Shown here: in pieces, positions 18,442 through 27,232 of the stretch
Layout: every line of letters starts with the position of its first letter
Numbering within the stretch: position 1 is the stretch's first letter
Virus record (IMG/VR): IMGVR_UViG_3300042935_001404
Reading direction: 5' to 3' (one strand)
Source: a virus
Lineage: Duplodnaviria > Caudoviricetes
DNA length: 64,000 nt
Position numbers and translations under genes: made by a program
The notes under the pieces: model-generated
Seen by the model: the letters and a program-made list of their open reading frames with translations, nothing else
Told to the model about the DNA's origin: nothing
The model's database searches: none

Positions 18442-19224
18442 TTCATTTAACTGTGTGAGATAATCAGGAATGGCAAAATCAAATTCATTTCTAGTGTCTA
18501 CCAAGATCTTGTTTACATCTTTGGGGCCGCTGGTCCTGACCACATTCTTTCCTAGATTGTAAACTTCGTTGATCAAGCACAATAACTCATATTTGTTAAT
18601 GTTTACTGAGTTGTTGACCACATGATATATGCCAGCAACACTGGGGTTGCGTACATATCGATCAATACATTTGGCCAACTGCAATGTGGTGATCCCATTC
18701 CACCAGGCATTGTCCCAACCAGGTATTGCAGTTTCAGGATTTCTTCTAACCCAATCAAGTAATCCAGTACCAGATTTGAGTTCGGGACCGATAATGCTCA
18801 TACGAAATGTAACGTCTTTGCTGTTGTCAACTTCGCCTAGGCTTTTACTGCGACCATACACATTTGTTTCGGTGTGCGTGTGTTTTTCTTTGTAGTGACC
18901 CACAGCACCATCAAACACACAATCAGTGCTTAGATGAATCAGTCGAGTGTGAGTGTCTTTTAATCGGTATTCGATGTAGTGTGGCAACCAGGAATTGATT
19001 ATGCTGGCACGGTCGGGACGTTGCAGGCACGGCTGTACCAATAGACCAATACAGTTTACAACAAAATCAGTGTTGAGTTGATCAAAAAATTCTGCAACCA
19101 TAGCGGGATTTTCAACATCTAATCGGGTACGGTACACTGCATCAACTTCGTGCCCTTGCTGACGAAGATAACTGACCACAACATGTCCAGCCATGCCGTT
19201 GGAACCTAGTACTGTGATTTTCAT
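18394..19224 (-). CDS. RmlD-like NDP-4-keto-6-deoxyhexose reductase (SDR)
   Basis: GSNGMAG, NCIG, HLSTDCVF and YGRSK motifs. No C-terminal cupin. Confidence 0.85.
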   Translation of the reverse strand: MKITVLGSNGMAGHVVVSYLRQQGHEVDAVYRTRLDVENPAMVAEFFDQLNTDFVVNCIGLLVQPCLQRPDRASIINSWLPHYIEYRLKDTHTRLIHLSTDCVFDGAVGHYKEKHTHTETNVYGRSKSLGEVDNSKDVTFRMSIIGPELKSGTGLLDWVRRNPETAIPGWDNAWWNGITTLQLAKCIDRYVRNPSVAGIYHVVNNSVNINKYELLCLINEVYNLGKNVVRTSGPKDVNKILVDTRNEFDFAIPDYLTQLNELRDFDPVAHVTPATA

Positions 19225-20201
19225 AAGAATCCTCCCTTGACCAACATGTCTTTGATTTGATCATCGTTCATTAATACTGTTTGAGAACTGAACTCAGAGT
19301 GGGGAAATGCTGGTAACTGTTTGTATTTGTTCTTAAGTTCTGCAGAACACTTGGTAGGAAGTATCACATAGTAATTTTCATCAAAGCAACGACTCAGCAC
19401 AGCTTCGTGTTTGCTGATCAACATTTCGTCTAGTTTCTCCCCGGGCTTGCTGCCAATTTCTTTTATGTTCACAGTGCCATACTTGTGCATGAGCACACGG
19501 GCCACATCTCGAATGTAACAAGCCGGCATGTTCATAACAAATGTTTCACCACCGATGCTGGTTTCTGCGGCTTTGAACAACAACATGATGGCTTCCTCTA
19601 GCGTCAAGAAGAACCGAGTCATTTGCAAATCAGTAATGGTAATAGGACCACCTGCTTTGATCTGTTCAATAAAGTACGGAATCACGCTGCCGTTGGAACC
19701 CATGACATTGCCGCCACGAATGCAAACAAACTTTGTGTGTGTGCTTAGATCATTACCTTGTATGATTAACTTTTCACCTACACTTTTGGTCATGCCATAC
19801 AGGTTCAACGGCTCAACGGCTTTGTCGGTACTGACATCAATTACTTTGCTGACATGATTTTCTACAGCGGCGTTGACAATGTTGGTGGTTCCTGTGATGT
19901 TTGTTTTGATAGCTTCCTGTGGGTGATCTTCGCAGATGGGCACATGTTTAAGTGCGGCCAGATGAAATATAACGTCAACGCCCTTGGTTGCAAAACGAAC
20001 AGCATCATAATCTCGAACGTCTCCTACTACAAACTTCAATCTAGAGTCATGAAACTGTCGTTGCATCAACACTTGTTGAAGTTCGCCACGGCTAAAACAT
20101 ATAATTTCTGTGGGATTATAATTTGCCAACAACATACGTATTAACGTTTGTCCCCAACTGCCGGTGGCACCCGATACAAATATTCTTTTTCCGTTAAACA
20201 T
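19221..20201 (-). CDS. fnlA: UDP-GlcNAc 4,6-dehydratase/5-epimerase (FnlA/WbjB/PseB family)
   Basis: GATGSWG, HLAALKHVP, STDKAVEPLNLYGMTK, GNVMGSNGSVIP, MTRF and PGEKLDE motifs. Confidence 0.85.
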   Translation of the reverse strand: MFNGKRIFVSGATGSWGQTLIRMLLANYNPTEIICFSRGELQQVLMQRQFHDSRLKFVVGDVRDYDAVRFATKGVDVIFHLAALKHVPICEDHPQEAIKTNITGTTNIVNAAVENHVSKVIDVSTDKAVEPLNLYGMTKSVGEKLIIQGNDLSTHTKFVCIRGGNVMGSNGSVIPYFIEQIKAGGPITITDLQMTRFFLTLEEAIMLLFKAAETSIGGETFVMNMPACYIRDVARVLMHKYGTVNIKEIGSKPGEKLDEMLISKHEAVLSRCFDENYYVILPTKCSAELKNKYKQLPAFPHSEFSSQTVLMNDDQIKDMLVKGGFL

Positions 20202-21270
20202 GATTTCCTAATAAAATGTTTACCACTGTGTCACTAACGTTGGTTCTAGCATATTCAGCAGGTACTGTCCATGCACGATCAACCTGTTTCATAGATTGGT
20301 AACCAGCAACAATATTATCAACTGCTAGACCAGTTACAATGTTTGATCCACACCAAACAGTTTCTGGGCGTTCAGTAGTGGCACGTATAGTTATAGTGGG
20401 TTTATAGAACAAACACATTTCTTCTTGTACAGTTCCTGAATCACTGATGGCCATGTAACTATTCTTTTCTAACTTTACAAAATCAAAAAACCCCATTGGT
20501 TCAGTTATTTTTATACAGTCGCTTACTGATATATCTAATTCGCGCAAACGCTGACGTGTTCGTGGATGACAACTAAACACAATTGGGCGATCTTGTGCTA
20601 TGATTTCCATGGCACTAAAAATACTAGCCAATCTCTCCGGACTATCTACGTTCTCTGCTCTGTGTGAGGTGGCGATAATGTACTGGTTAGATTTTAATTT
20701 TAATTTTTCTAAAATATTGCTCTCATCAATTTGATCACAGTAGTAATCTAATACTTCTCTAATGGGATTGCCAGTTACAAACACACGATTGTTTTGTGCA
20801 CCTTCTCGTAACAAATTTTGTCTACTGAGTTCAGTATAAGGCAAATTGATAGTGCTAATACTGTCTATTAATCTACGATTCTTTTCTTCTGGTACTGACA
20901 TATCGTAACAACGATTGCCGGCTTCCATGTGATACACAGGAACTCCCATGCGTTCACAAACTATAGCACTCAATCCTGAATTGGTATCACCCAACACTAA
21001 CACCGCATCAGGTTGAAATTCTGTAATGTACTGCTCTACACCAATCATAGTGGCAGCCAACTGCTGTCCAATTGTACCACGACTGTTTAGTACACAATCG
21101 GGTTGTCGCAATCCCAACTGATCAAAGAATATATCATTGAGTGTGGCATCGTAATTTTGCCCAGTATGTAATACTCTATGTTCACTGACTTGATCTAGCT
21201 TGGGTATAATTCTAGCCAAGCGAATTATTTCCGGGCGTGTTCCTAAGATGGTTAATATCTTACGCTTCAT
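20194..21270 (-). CDS. Non-hydrolysing UDP-HexNAc 2-epimerase (FnlC/WbjD/QnlB subtype)
   Basis: GTRPEIIRL, HTGQNYD, LGDTNS, HMEAGNRCYD..VPEE.NRR and SDSGTVQEE motifs. Confidence 0.88.
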   Translation of the reverse strand: MKRKILTILGTRPEIIRLARIIPKLDQVSEHRVLHTGQNYDATLNDIFFDQLGLRQPDCVLNSRGTIGQQLAATMIGVEQYITEFQPDAVLVLGDTNSGLSAIVCERMGVPVYHMEAGNRCYDMSVPEEKNRRLIDSISTINLPYTELSRQNLLREGAQNNRVFVTGNPIREVLDYYCDQIDESNILEKLKLKSNQYIIATSHRAENVDSPERLASIFSAMEIIAQDRPIVFSCHPRTRQRLRELDISVSDCIKITEPMGFFDFVKLEKNSYMAISDSGTVQEEMCLFYKPTITIRATTERPETVWCGSNIVTGLAVDNIVAGYQSMKQVDRAWTVPAEYARTNVSDTVVNILLGNHV

Positions 21271-21787
21271 AATACCCTACATAATATTTCTCTAGGCTGG
21301 GCAGTTTAACCTCGACCCAGCCTGCAAAGTCATCATGTGTCCATGAACTTTTGTGTATATCAAATTGATTACCATGACTCCAAATTCGTTCGTTTTCGAT
21401 ATTGTGTGTATTGTCTGTCCAAATTTCAGGTAGTGGGGTAAGTAAAAATATTTTTTTATTGACTATTTTCTTGCAATCTTCCAATAGTCGAACGCCTGCA
21501 TCTTTGTTTAAGTGTTCGATAAAATCTATCATTAAAATATAATCCCAACGCTCGGTGGTAATTTCAAAGATAGGAGTAGTCTCAACATTGGCCACAATGT
21601 CTGGTTCAACCCAATCCCATGCATCAATTGTTAACACACGACACTGTTGTTCTAGCAACGGCGATGAGTAGGCTTTGGGGCCGCACCCTATATCTAATAC
21701 TGTGCTGCCAGTGGCTACACTTTCATTAATAAACTGTGACAATAAATCATTGCGACTGGCTCTTTTTCCTTTGATTTTAAATTTCAT
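21260..21787 (-). CDS. Class I SAM-dependent methyltransferase
   Basis: VLDIGCG, TIDAW, and DYILMIDFIEHL. Confidence 0.8.
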   Translation of the reverse strand: MKFKIKGKRASRNDLLSQFINESVATGSTVLDIGCGPKAYSSPLLEQQCRVLTIDAWDWVEPDIVANVETTPIFEITTERWDYILMIDFIEHLNKDAGVRLLEDCKKIVNKKIFLLTPLPEIWTDNTHNIENERIWSHGNQFDIHKSSWTHDDFAGWVEVKLPSLEKYYVGYYEA

Positions 21788-22545
21788 TGTATACTTTCTT
21801 TATTTGGTGCATGTATTGTTCCATCAACAGTGATGTTAAAATACAAATCTTTATTATTTTGATCAGGCTCAATGTTGTCAGGATGCCCGTAACTCTTATG
21901 GTGATATTGATGTATAACCATTGGTGTTGCTACAAATTCAAGATTGCACACTTGTTTGATTCTATATAGTATTTCTGCATCGTCCCAGTTATGTCCTGTT
22001 GCATATCTTTCATCAAATCCGTTGACTTTGATTAGATTATTTCTGGTAATGGCATTGCAAAAGTGAAATGCCACTGGACGCTCAATTTCGTGATTATACC
22101 AACGTGCTTTTTTTGATGTTGACACTGTGGGAATTGATCCTTGCTGATGCAATACTGTAACATCTTGTTTAGTACATGCCCAGCAATGAAAACTAAGATA
22201 TGTTTCATCAGTAAGATTCTTAGCAACATAATTCAACACATCTCCCATATGGCAACATTCAGGGTTTTGTATCACAATCATATCTCCGCGACTGGCACGC
22301 AGTCCTACATTATATGGAATACATGGATTACAATAGTCTTTTTTTGTTACTTTCTCTTTCATACGAATAATATTAAACTGTAATTGTGGAAACTCATTGG
22401 GTATACCATCTAAACTATTATCAGCATCACTGAAGTCATCTACAATGACCACTTCTACATTTTTGTACGCACTATTTGCAATAGTCTGCAATGTGAATTT
22501 TAGTTGAGGTAACCTATTATAATAGGCCATCACTATTGATATCAT
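21784..22545 (-). CDS. GT2-family glycosyltransferase
   Basis: ISIVMAYYNR, VIVDDFS, YNVG and GFDERY motifs. Confidence 0.85.
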   Translation of the reverse strand: MISIVMAYYNRLPQLKFTLQTIANSAYKNVEVVIVDDFSDADNSLDGIPNEFPQLQFNIIRMKEKVTKKDYCNPCIPYNVGLRASRGDMIVIQNPECCHMGDVLNYVAKNLTDETYLSFHCWACTKQDVTVLHQQGSIPTVSTSKKARWYNHEIERPVAFHFCNAITRNNLIKVNGFDERYATGHNWDDAEILYRIKQVCNLEFVATPMVIHQYHHKSYGHPDNIEPDQNNKDLYFNITVDGTIHAPNKESIQ

Positions 22546-23141
22546 ATAAACCTTATGTGCGACGTGGCGTATTTTGCCCGTTGATTGATTATTTCCACAA
22601 TTTCAAAATTAGACTCTACCAATGGTGTTCTTTCCTTGGCAAAGATTCGTAGATCCATTACAACAACAGTATTGGCGTGACTGTGCTTGAGTATCAACTC
22701 ACGATATGTGCTTGCTGGATAATGAAACCCGCAACTGACCCAACTAGTAATGACATCAAACTTAATATCCTCAGAGATATTGATATTATTACAGTCTACC
22801 AGATGATAATTTTGTGTGTTTAATTCATCTAGTTTGTTTTGTAAAAAATCCAACTTGTAATAAAATGCAAAATTTTTAGAATCAGTGGTGTAACGTGCCT
22901 GTTGTTGTGTTCGGGCATCTTGAGCATTATCGTCGAAATCGCCATCTAGTAGATACAATTCAGTGCCGTACTTTTTATTAAACAAACGACTTTCCCAAGC
23001 AAGTCCGCATCCAATGTCTAATATTTTTTTAGGAGGCGTTCCTAGATAGGTATCTAATAGATCAAAGTTTTCTTGTTTATGTTGCTGATACACATCAGTG
23101 AACCATTCGTCATTGATCCAATCTTTTTGATACAATATCAT
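22542..23141 (-). CDS. Class I SAM-dependent methyltransferase
   Basis: ILDIGCGLA, YLLDG, and FDVITSWVSCGFHYP. Confidence 0.75.
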   Translation of the reverse strand: MILYQKDWINDEWFTDVYQQHKQENFDLLDTYLGTPPKKILDIGCGLAWESRLFNKKYGTELYLLDGDFDDNAQDARTQQQARYTTDSKNFAFYYKLDFLQNKLDELNTQNYHLVDCNNINISEDIKFDVITSWVSCGFHYPASTYRELILKHSHANTVVVMDLRIFAKERTPLVESNFEIVEIINQRAKYATSHIRFI

Positions 23142-23926
23142 TGGTACTTTCTCTGTTCTTGTTTGAATACATCAAGTTCTTTGCGTTTGCCTTTGGCAGA
23201 CCATATGGCGCTTTCAGTCCGCATGGCCCAGTCAATATAACTCATGGGTAACAGACCTTTTTGATATTTTGGCACCAGTTGATCTAGTAGAACTTGATCT
23301 AAAAACCAATATAGATCGTGTTTACCGATACTGGCACGTAAACTGTTTGCGTACTCTTGTAAAAATTCATGTGCACCAGCAGTACCATTGAACAACACAG
23401 CACCGGCCAAGTGGGTGCCATCTTTGGGTTTTTCGTACAGATAAAAATCCTTAGTGCCCAATTGATCATTGAATTGTCCGCGCACTAGCCCGTCAACATC
23501 AATACTCAAGCATCGTTGTCCTGGTTGTAGTAATTCAGCCAGTCTGACAAATCTAGTACAGGCATAGTAAGTTTGATGAATCAGTATTGATAGGTCTTGG
23601 CGGCCACGTGTTTGTCCTTTTTTAAACATTTGTCTCTGTCGATCGTTTTCAAATTGGGTTCTGGTCATCCAGTAGTCAGTTGTATGTTGAAACTCATTCT
23701 CACTGGGCTGTTCATAAGTGCAAGTTACACCTGTGCGGCTTTGACAAAAATCAATCTGATCGGGCCTAGGGTTGTATATGTGTATGTGTACTCCGTATTC
23801 TGGAGTATTGGCCAGTATACTGTTGATCAACGGCCGGGCATGCAGGTCAAAATACACTGAGTCTGCGGCAGCATAGATAAAGAATTTATTTTGATTTAAC
23901 GTTCCGTTAAGTTGGGGCAATATCAT
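23138..23926 (-). CDS. Nucleotide-diphospho-sugar transferase-like GT-A protein
   Basis: AADSVYF, LSIDVD (DxD), AGAVLF and WFLDQ. ATG 23926 is 7 nt from TAAATA (23934-23939). Confidence 0.65.
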   Translation of the reverse strand: MILPQLNGTLNQNKFFIYAAADSVYFDLHARPLINSILANTPEYGVHIHIYNPRPDQIDFCQSRTGVTCTYEQPSENEFQHTTDYWMTRTQFENDRQRQMFKKGQTRGRQDLSILIHQTYYACTRFVRLAELLQPGQRCLSIDVDGLVRGQFNDQLGTKDFYLYEKPKDGTHLAGAVLFNGTAGAHEFLQEYANSLRASIGKHDLYWFLDQVLLDQLVPKYQKGLLPMSYIDWAMRTESAIWSAKGKRKELDVFKQEQRKYQ

Positions 23927-23970
23927 AGTCAGATATTTAGTGAGGGAAAACACAGCCTATAACTAATACT

Positions 23971-24804
23971 ATGAGAGTAAGTATTTTTGATCAGTATGGT
24001 GCGCTTAATAGTCCGCCGGTATTTGCGGCTGTACGTGCAGGGCTTGACAGTCTTGGCATCAAGCACAACAACATGGACAGTTCAGCAGATGTTGCTGTTA
24101 TCTGGAGCCAACTATGGCACGGACGAATGAAGCACAATCAAGGCGTATGGGGCGCATTCCGTAATAGCAATCGTCCTGTCGTTGTAGTTGAAGTGGGCAT
24201 GCTACGTCGTGGCGGCACTTGGAAATTGGGTGTTAACGGAACTGGTAACAATGCATACTATGGTGACGAGTTGATTCCAGGCCGGGCGGCGCAGTTGAGA
24301 CTAGAAACCCAACCCTGGTCCAATGCTGGTTACAACATTGTGATTGCCGCACAACGATCAGACAGTGAACAGTGGGCAGGACAGCCGCCCACTGTAGCTT
24401 GGTTAACCGAAACTGCTAACACCATTAAAAAATACACAGACAGACCTATTGTTATACGTCCGCATCCTAGACAGCGTATCAGTAATATTCCTGGTTGTGT
24501 TATTGAGATGCCGCGGCCCATCCAAGGAACATATGATAGTTTTGATTATGATCGATGTTTGTCAACAGCATGGGCTGTGGTCAATCACAACAGTGGTCCG
24601 GGCTCACTGGCTGTATTAAACGGAGTTCCAGCATTTGTACACGCTAGTAGTTTGGCAGCACCTGTTGGCAATACAGATTTATCCGCAATCAACAATCCGT
24701 CAAGGCCAGACCGAACTGCATGGCTAGAGCGACTGGCACACACAGAATGGTACACAGAGGAAATTGCCTCGGGCCTGCCGCTCAAACGTTTATTGTTGAC
24801 CTAA
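23971..24804 (+). CDS. KpsS/KpsC-like protein, paralog 3
   Basis: EVGML, IVIAAQ, IRPHPR, and AVVNHNSGPGSLAVLNGVPAF. Confidence 0.6.
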   Translation: MRVSIFDQYGALNSPPVFAAVRAGLDSLGIKHNNMDSSADVAVIWSQLWHGRMKHNQGVWGAFRNSNRPVVVVEVGMLRRGGTWKLGVNGTGNNAYYGDELIPGRAAQLRLETQPWSNAGYNIVIAAQRSDSEQWAGQPPTVAWLTETANTIKKYTDRPIVIRPHPRQRISNIPGCVIEMPRPIQGTYDSFDYDRCLSTAWAVVNHNSGPGSLAVLNGVPAFVHASSLAAPVGNTDLSAINNPSRPDRTAWLERLAHTEWYTEEIASGLPLKRLLLT

Positions 24805-25548
24805 CCAAGACAAACTCTTGTCAATCCAGGCCAGTATAAGATCTTGTTGTCTTACATGCCCGTAGCGATTTATACTTCCTACCGCAGTTTCCGGCAGTAA
24901 GTTTTTATCTGCCAACTCATACCATGTAGTGGTTCTTGGATCCATTGGAGCATGTTCACTCTTATAAGCAATCACATGTATAAATTCGTCGTCTGGGTGT
25001 TTTAAAAAGAACCCTGAATTACAATCCCAGCCATTGACGGCCAGCATGTGCATTAAACTCACCACAGTGTGATGATAATAACATCCATTTGGTTGCACAA
25101 ATGCCAGTTGACGTATATCCATGTTGGTAGTTTGCGGAACTGCCATGATCAACATGCCGCCATCCTCGGCAATGGTGTTCCATTTTGCCAATGTCGACAA
25201 TGGATTGATACAGTATTGAAATGCATCGTGGCACCATAGCACATCAAATTTTGACTTGCCAGGCAGATTATCTGTATTTTCAAAATCTATTTTTTGATAC
25301 ACAATGTTTGAATATTTTTTAACCACAGCAGGTGTAGCACCTGTGTCTATGCCTGTGCAACGAATATTCAGAGGTATTGGGGCGTCATCTCGAGTTGTTC
25401 TAGTCGCCCACCATTCTAGGTCTTGTCCTGTGCCACATCCCAAATCAACCAGTGTGCCAATGCTTTCCATAAAGTCATCATACTCAAACAGTGTGTTGAG
25501 TGTTTGTAAACTGTGTGCATGACTTTCGTCATCGTTTCTAAATGTCAT
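24790..25548 (-). CDS. Class I SAM-dependent methyltransferase
   Basis: LVDLGCGTG, TGID, FDVLWCHD and EDGGMLI motifs. Confidence 0.75.
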   Translation of the reverse strand: MTFRNDDESHAHSLQTLNTLFEYDDFMESIGTLVDLGCGTGQDLEWWATRTTRDDAPIPLNIRCTGIDTGATPAVVKKYSNIVYQKIDFENTDNLPGKSKFDVLWCHDAFQYCINPLSTLAKWNTIAEDGGMLIMAVPQTTNMDIRQLAFVQPNGCYYHHTVVSLMHMLAVNGWDCNSGFFLKHPDDEFIHVIAYKSEHAPMDPRTTTWYELADKNLLPETAVGSINRYGHVRQQDLILAWIDKSLSWLGQQ

Positions 25549-25997
25549 AACTGTATATCTTCCATGCCGGCTGCTCGCAGTCTAACCACATGTCCCAACA
25601 TGAAGTTTTTACTTTCCATTGCTTTCATAATGCCCAAAAATCGATTGCGTAACAGTGCAACTTCGTTGATAATGGTTTCAAAATCAATAACTTCATCTTC
25701 ACCATCCACATACTTTTCAGCATCTCGACTGGTCAGCGCACGAGCATAGCCTTCTAAATACTTTTGAAAATGCCGTCGTCGAATCTTACGCAGTTGTATG
25801 TTAAGGAAGTTCAGCACTGCTTCAATCTCTTGTAGTTGATTAAAGCGATGCTCGGTCATTCCCGGAAGTGCTGTGATATTTCGTTCAACCAGGCCACCAA
25901 TGGCACAGTCACGCCGTGCAGATACAAGTTCATTTTCGTAATGAGCAATAAAGTCTGGAATGGCGCTGAGATCAGCAACAACGCGGTTATACCACAT
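25545..25997 (-). CDS. uvsY: Recombination mediator UvsY-like
   Basis: Helical 150-aa protein with YLEGYARALTSRDAEKYVDGE, near uvsX and gp32. Confidence 0.7.
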   Translation of the reverse strand: MWYNRVVADLSAIPDFIAHYENELVSARRDCAIGGLVERNITALPGMTEHRFNQLQEIEAVLNFLNIQLRKIRRRHFQKYLEGYARALTSRDAEKYVDGEDEVIDFETIINEVALLRNRFLGIMKAMESKNFMLGHVVRLRAAGMEDIQL

Positions 25998-26263
25998 TAG
26001 TTTTCCCAGTCATCGTCTTGGTCGTGGTCTTCTTCCTCGGGTTCTTCGTCTTCGACGTAATCTTTATCATTGTCAAGATACGCAGTTAAAGCTGCCTTAA
26101 CATCGCGATCTCCTGTAAAGGCATCTCGAATATCCTCTGCATCACTGTCATTGTCCATTAAAATTTGTACTAGAGTTTCTGCCGCTTCGGCACGATCTAC
26201 TGTGTTTATGTAGCGTTTAAGTTCTCCCCAAATTTCTTTGGTTAATTTTACATCAATGGTCAT
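25997..26263 (-). CDS. Hypothetical acidic protein (88 aa)
   Basis: Coupled to both neighbours. Asp/Glu-rich C-terminal tail. Confidence 0.7.
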   Translation of the reverse strand: MTIDVKLTKEIWGELKRYINTVDRAEAAETLVQILMDNDSDAEDIRDAFTGDRDVKAALTAYLDNDKDYVEDEEPEEEDHDQDDDWEN

Positions 26264-26585
26264 TTTGTTTCCTTTTATCTAATTTTTCCGTATAAAGATC
26301 AGATGCACATGCAGTACAGCTTTCTTTCCTGCATATTGTATACTCGGTTAAAAACTTAAAATTTTCATCAAACAGATTTCCTAAATTGTCGTTCTTACAG
26401 GTACCTGCGTAGACTGAAAAATCAACATCTATATAGATACTTGTAACTCCAGCGTTACAAAGCCAACCTTTCCAATGGTGCAAATCTTTATCATACAATT
26501 GATTGGCAGATATTTTAACCTCGCTGCCGTCTTTCAATTCTACTATAGCACTGCAATGAATATCCTCAGTTAGTGTAGTATTCAT
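26253..26585 (-). CDS. Stand-alone SPASM/Twitch-like Fe-S domain
   Basis: WKGWLCNAG..SIYID...VYAGTC...LGN...C...CTACASD. ATGA overlap with the upstream radical SAM gene. Confidence 0.6.
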   Translation of the reverse strand: MNTTLTEDIHCSAIVELKDGSEVKISANQLYDKDLHHWKGWLCNAGVTSIYIDVDFSVYAGTCKNDNLGNLFDENFKFLTEYTICRKESCTACASDLYTEKLDKRKQNDH

Positions 26586-27232
26586 GAAAAGTTCATTTGG
26601 TTAGTAATCTTTATCGGGAATTGATTCTTTCCTTGTCTATAATCCTTGATTGGATGTGTATAGCTAACAATTCCGTGTTTTTCTAAAAATGTTTTGTATT
26701 GCTCATTACGAGCTCGATGCCATGATTCATCCATGATATTGACTGATACTAGACATTTATGACTTTGTGCAAACTGGTGTAGATTTAATACTAGATTAAA
26801 AAACTTTTTTTCTTTCATAAATTCACTATGTGTAGAAAATGTAATCCAATCACAATAATCCATCATTTCCTTATAGTATGCTAGACTAGCTGTGCCATTG
26901 GTAGTGACTCCAACATTCCCTAGGTCGTGCGCAAAGCACTCATGCAACCATTTTAAAAAAGGAAGAAAATTTTTATTTAAAGTAAGTTCACCCCCTACAA
27001 ATGCCAAATTATATTTGATATTTTTCCTAGGGCTAGCTGATATAATTCGATTCCACGCCGCTTGCAATTTCTCTAATGAATAATCTTTAGATGTTTTATC
27101 ATGCCATTGATCTGGACAATAACTACAATCAAAATTACACCTTGTTCCAACTAGCCAATGGATTGTAATACCCGGTGCATACTCACGTATCCGAACAATG
27201 GGATTACTGTCAGTTACTACAATCGATTGCAT
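26582..27232 (-). CDS. Radical SAM protein (short, core barrel only)
   Basis: CNFDCSYC, VGGELT, TTNGT and FSTH motifs. Confidence 0.8.
   Translation of the reverse strand: MQSIVVTDSNPIVRIREYAPGITIHWLVGTRCNFDCSYCPDQWHDKTSKDYSLEKLQAAWNRIISASPRKNIKYNLAFVGGELTLNKNFLPFLKWLHECFAHDLGNVGVTTNGTASLAYYKEMMDYCDWITFSTHSEFMKEKKFFNLVLNLHQFAQSHKCLVSVNIMDESWHRARNEQYKTFLEKHGIVSYTHPIKDYRQGKNQFPIKITNQMNFS

Noticed and set aside
18394-19224. dTDP-L-rhamnose (rml) pathway
   Set aside because: No RmlA, RmlB or RmlC in the window. The partner genes are UDP-GlcNAc-type enzymes.
21260-25548. Restriction-modification DNA methyltransferases
   Set aside because: No DPPY/NPPY or PC catalytic motifs, and the context is glycan synthesis.
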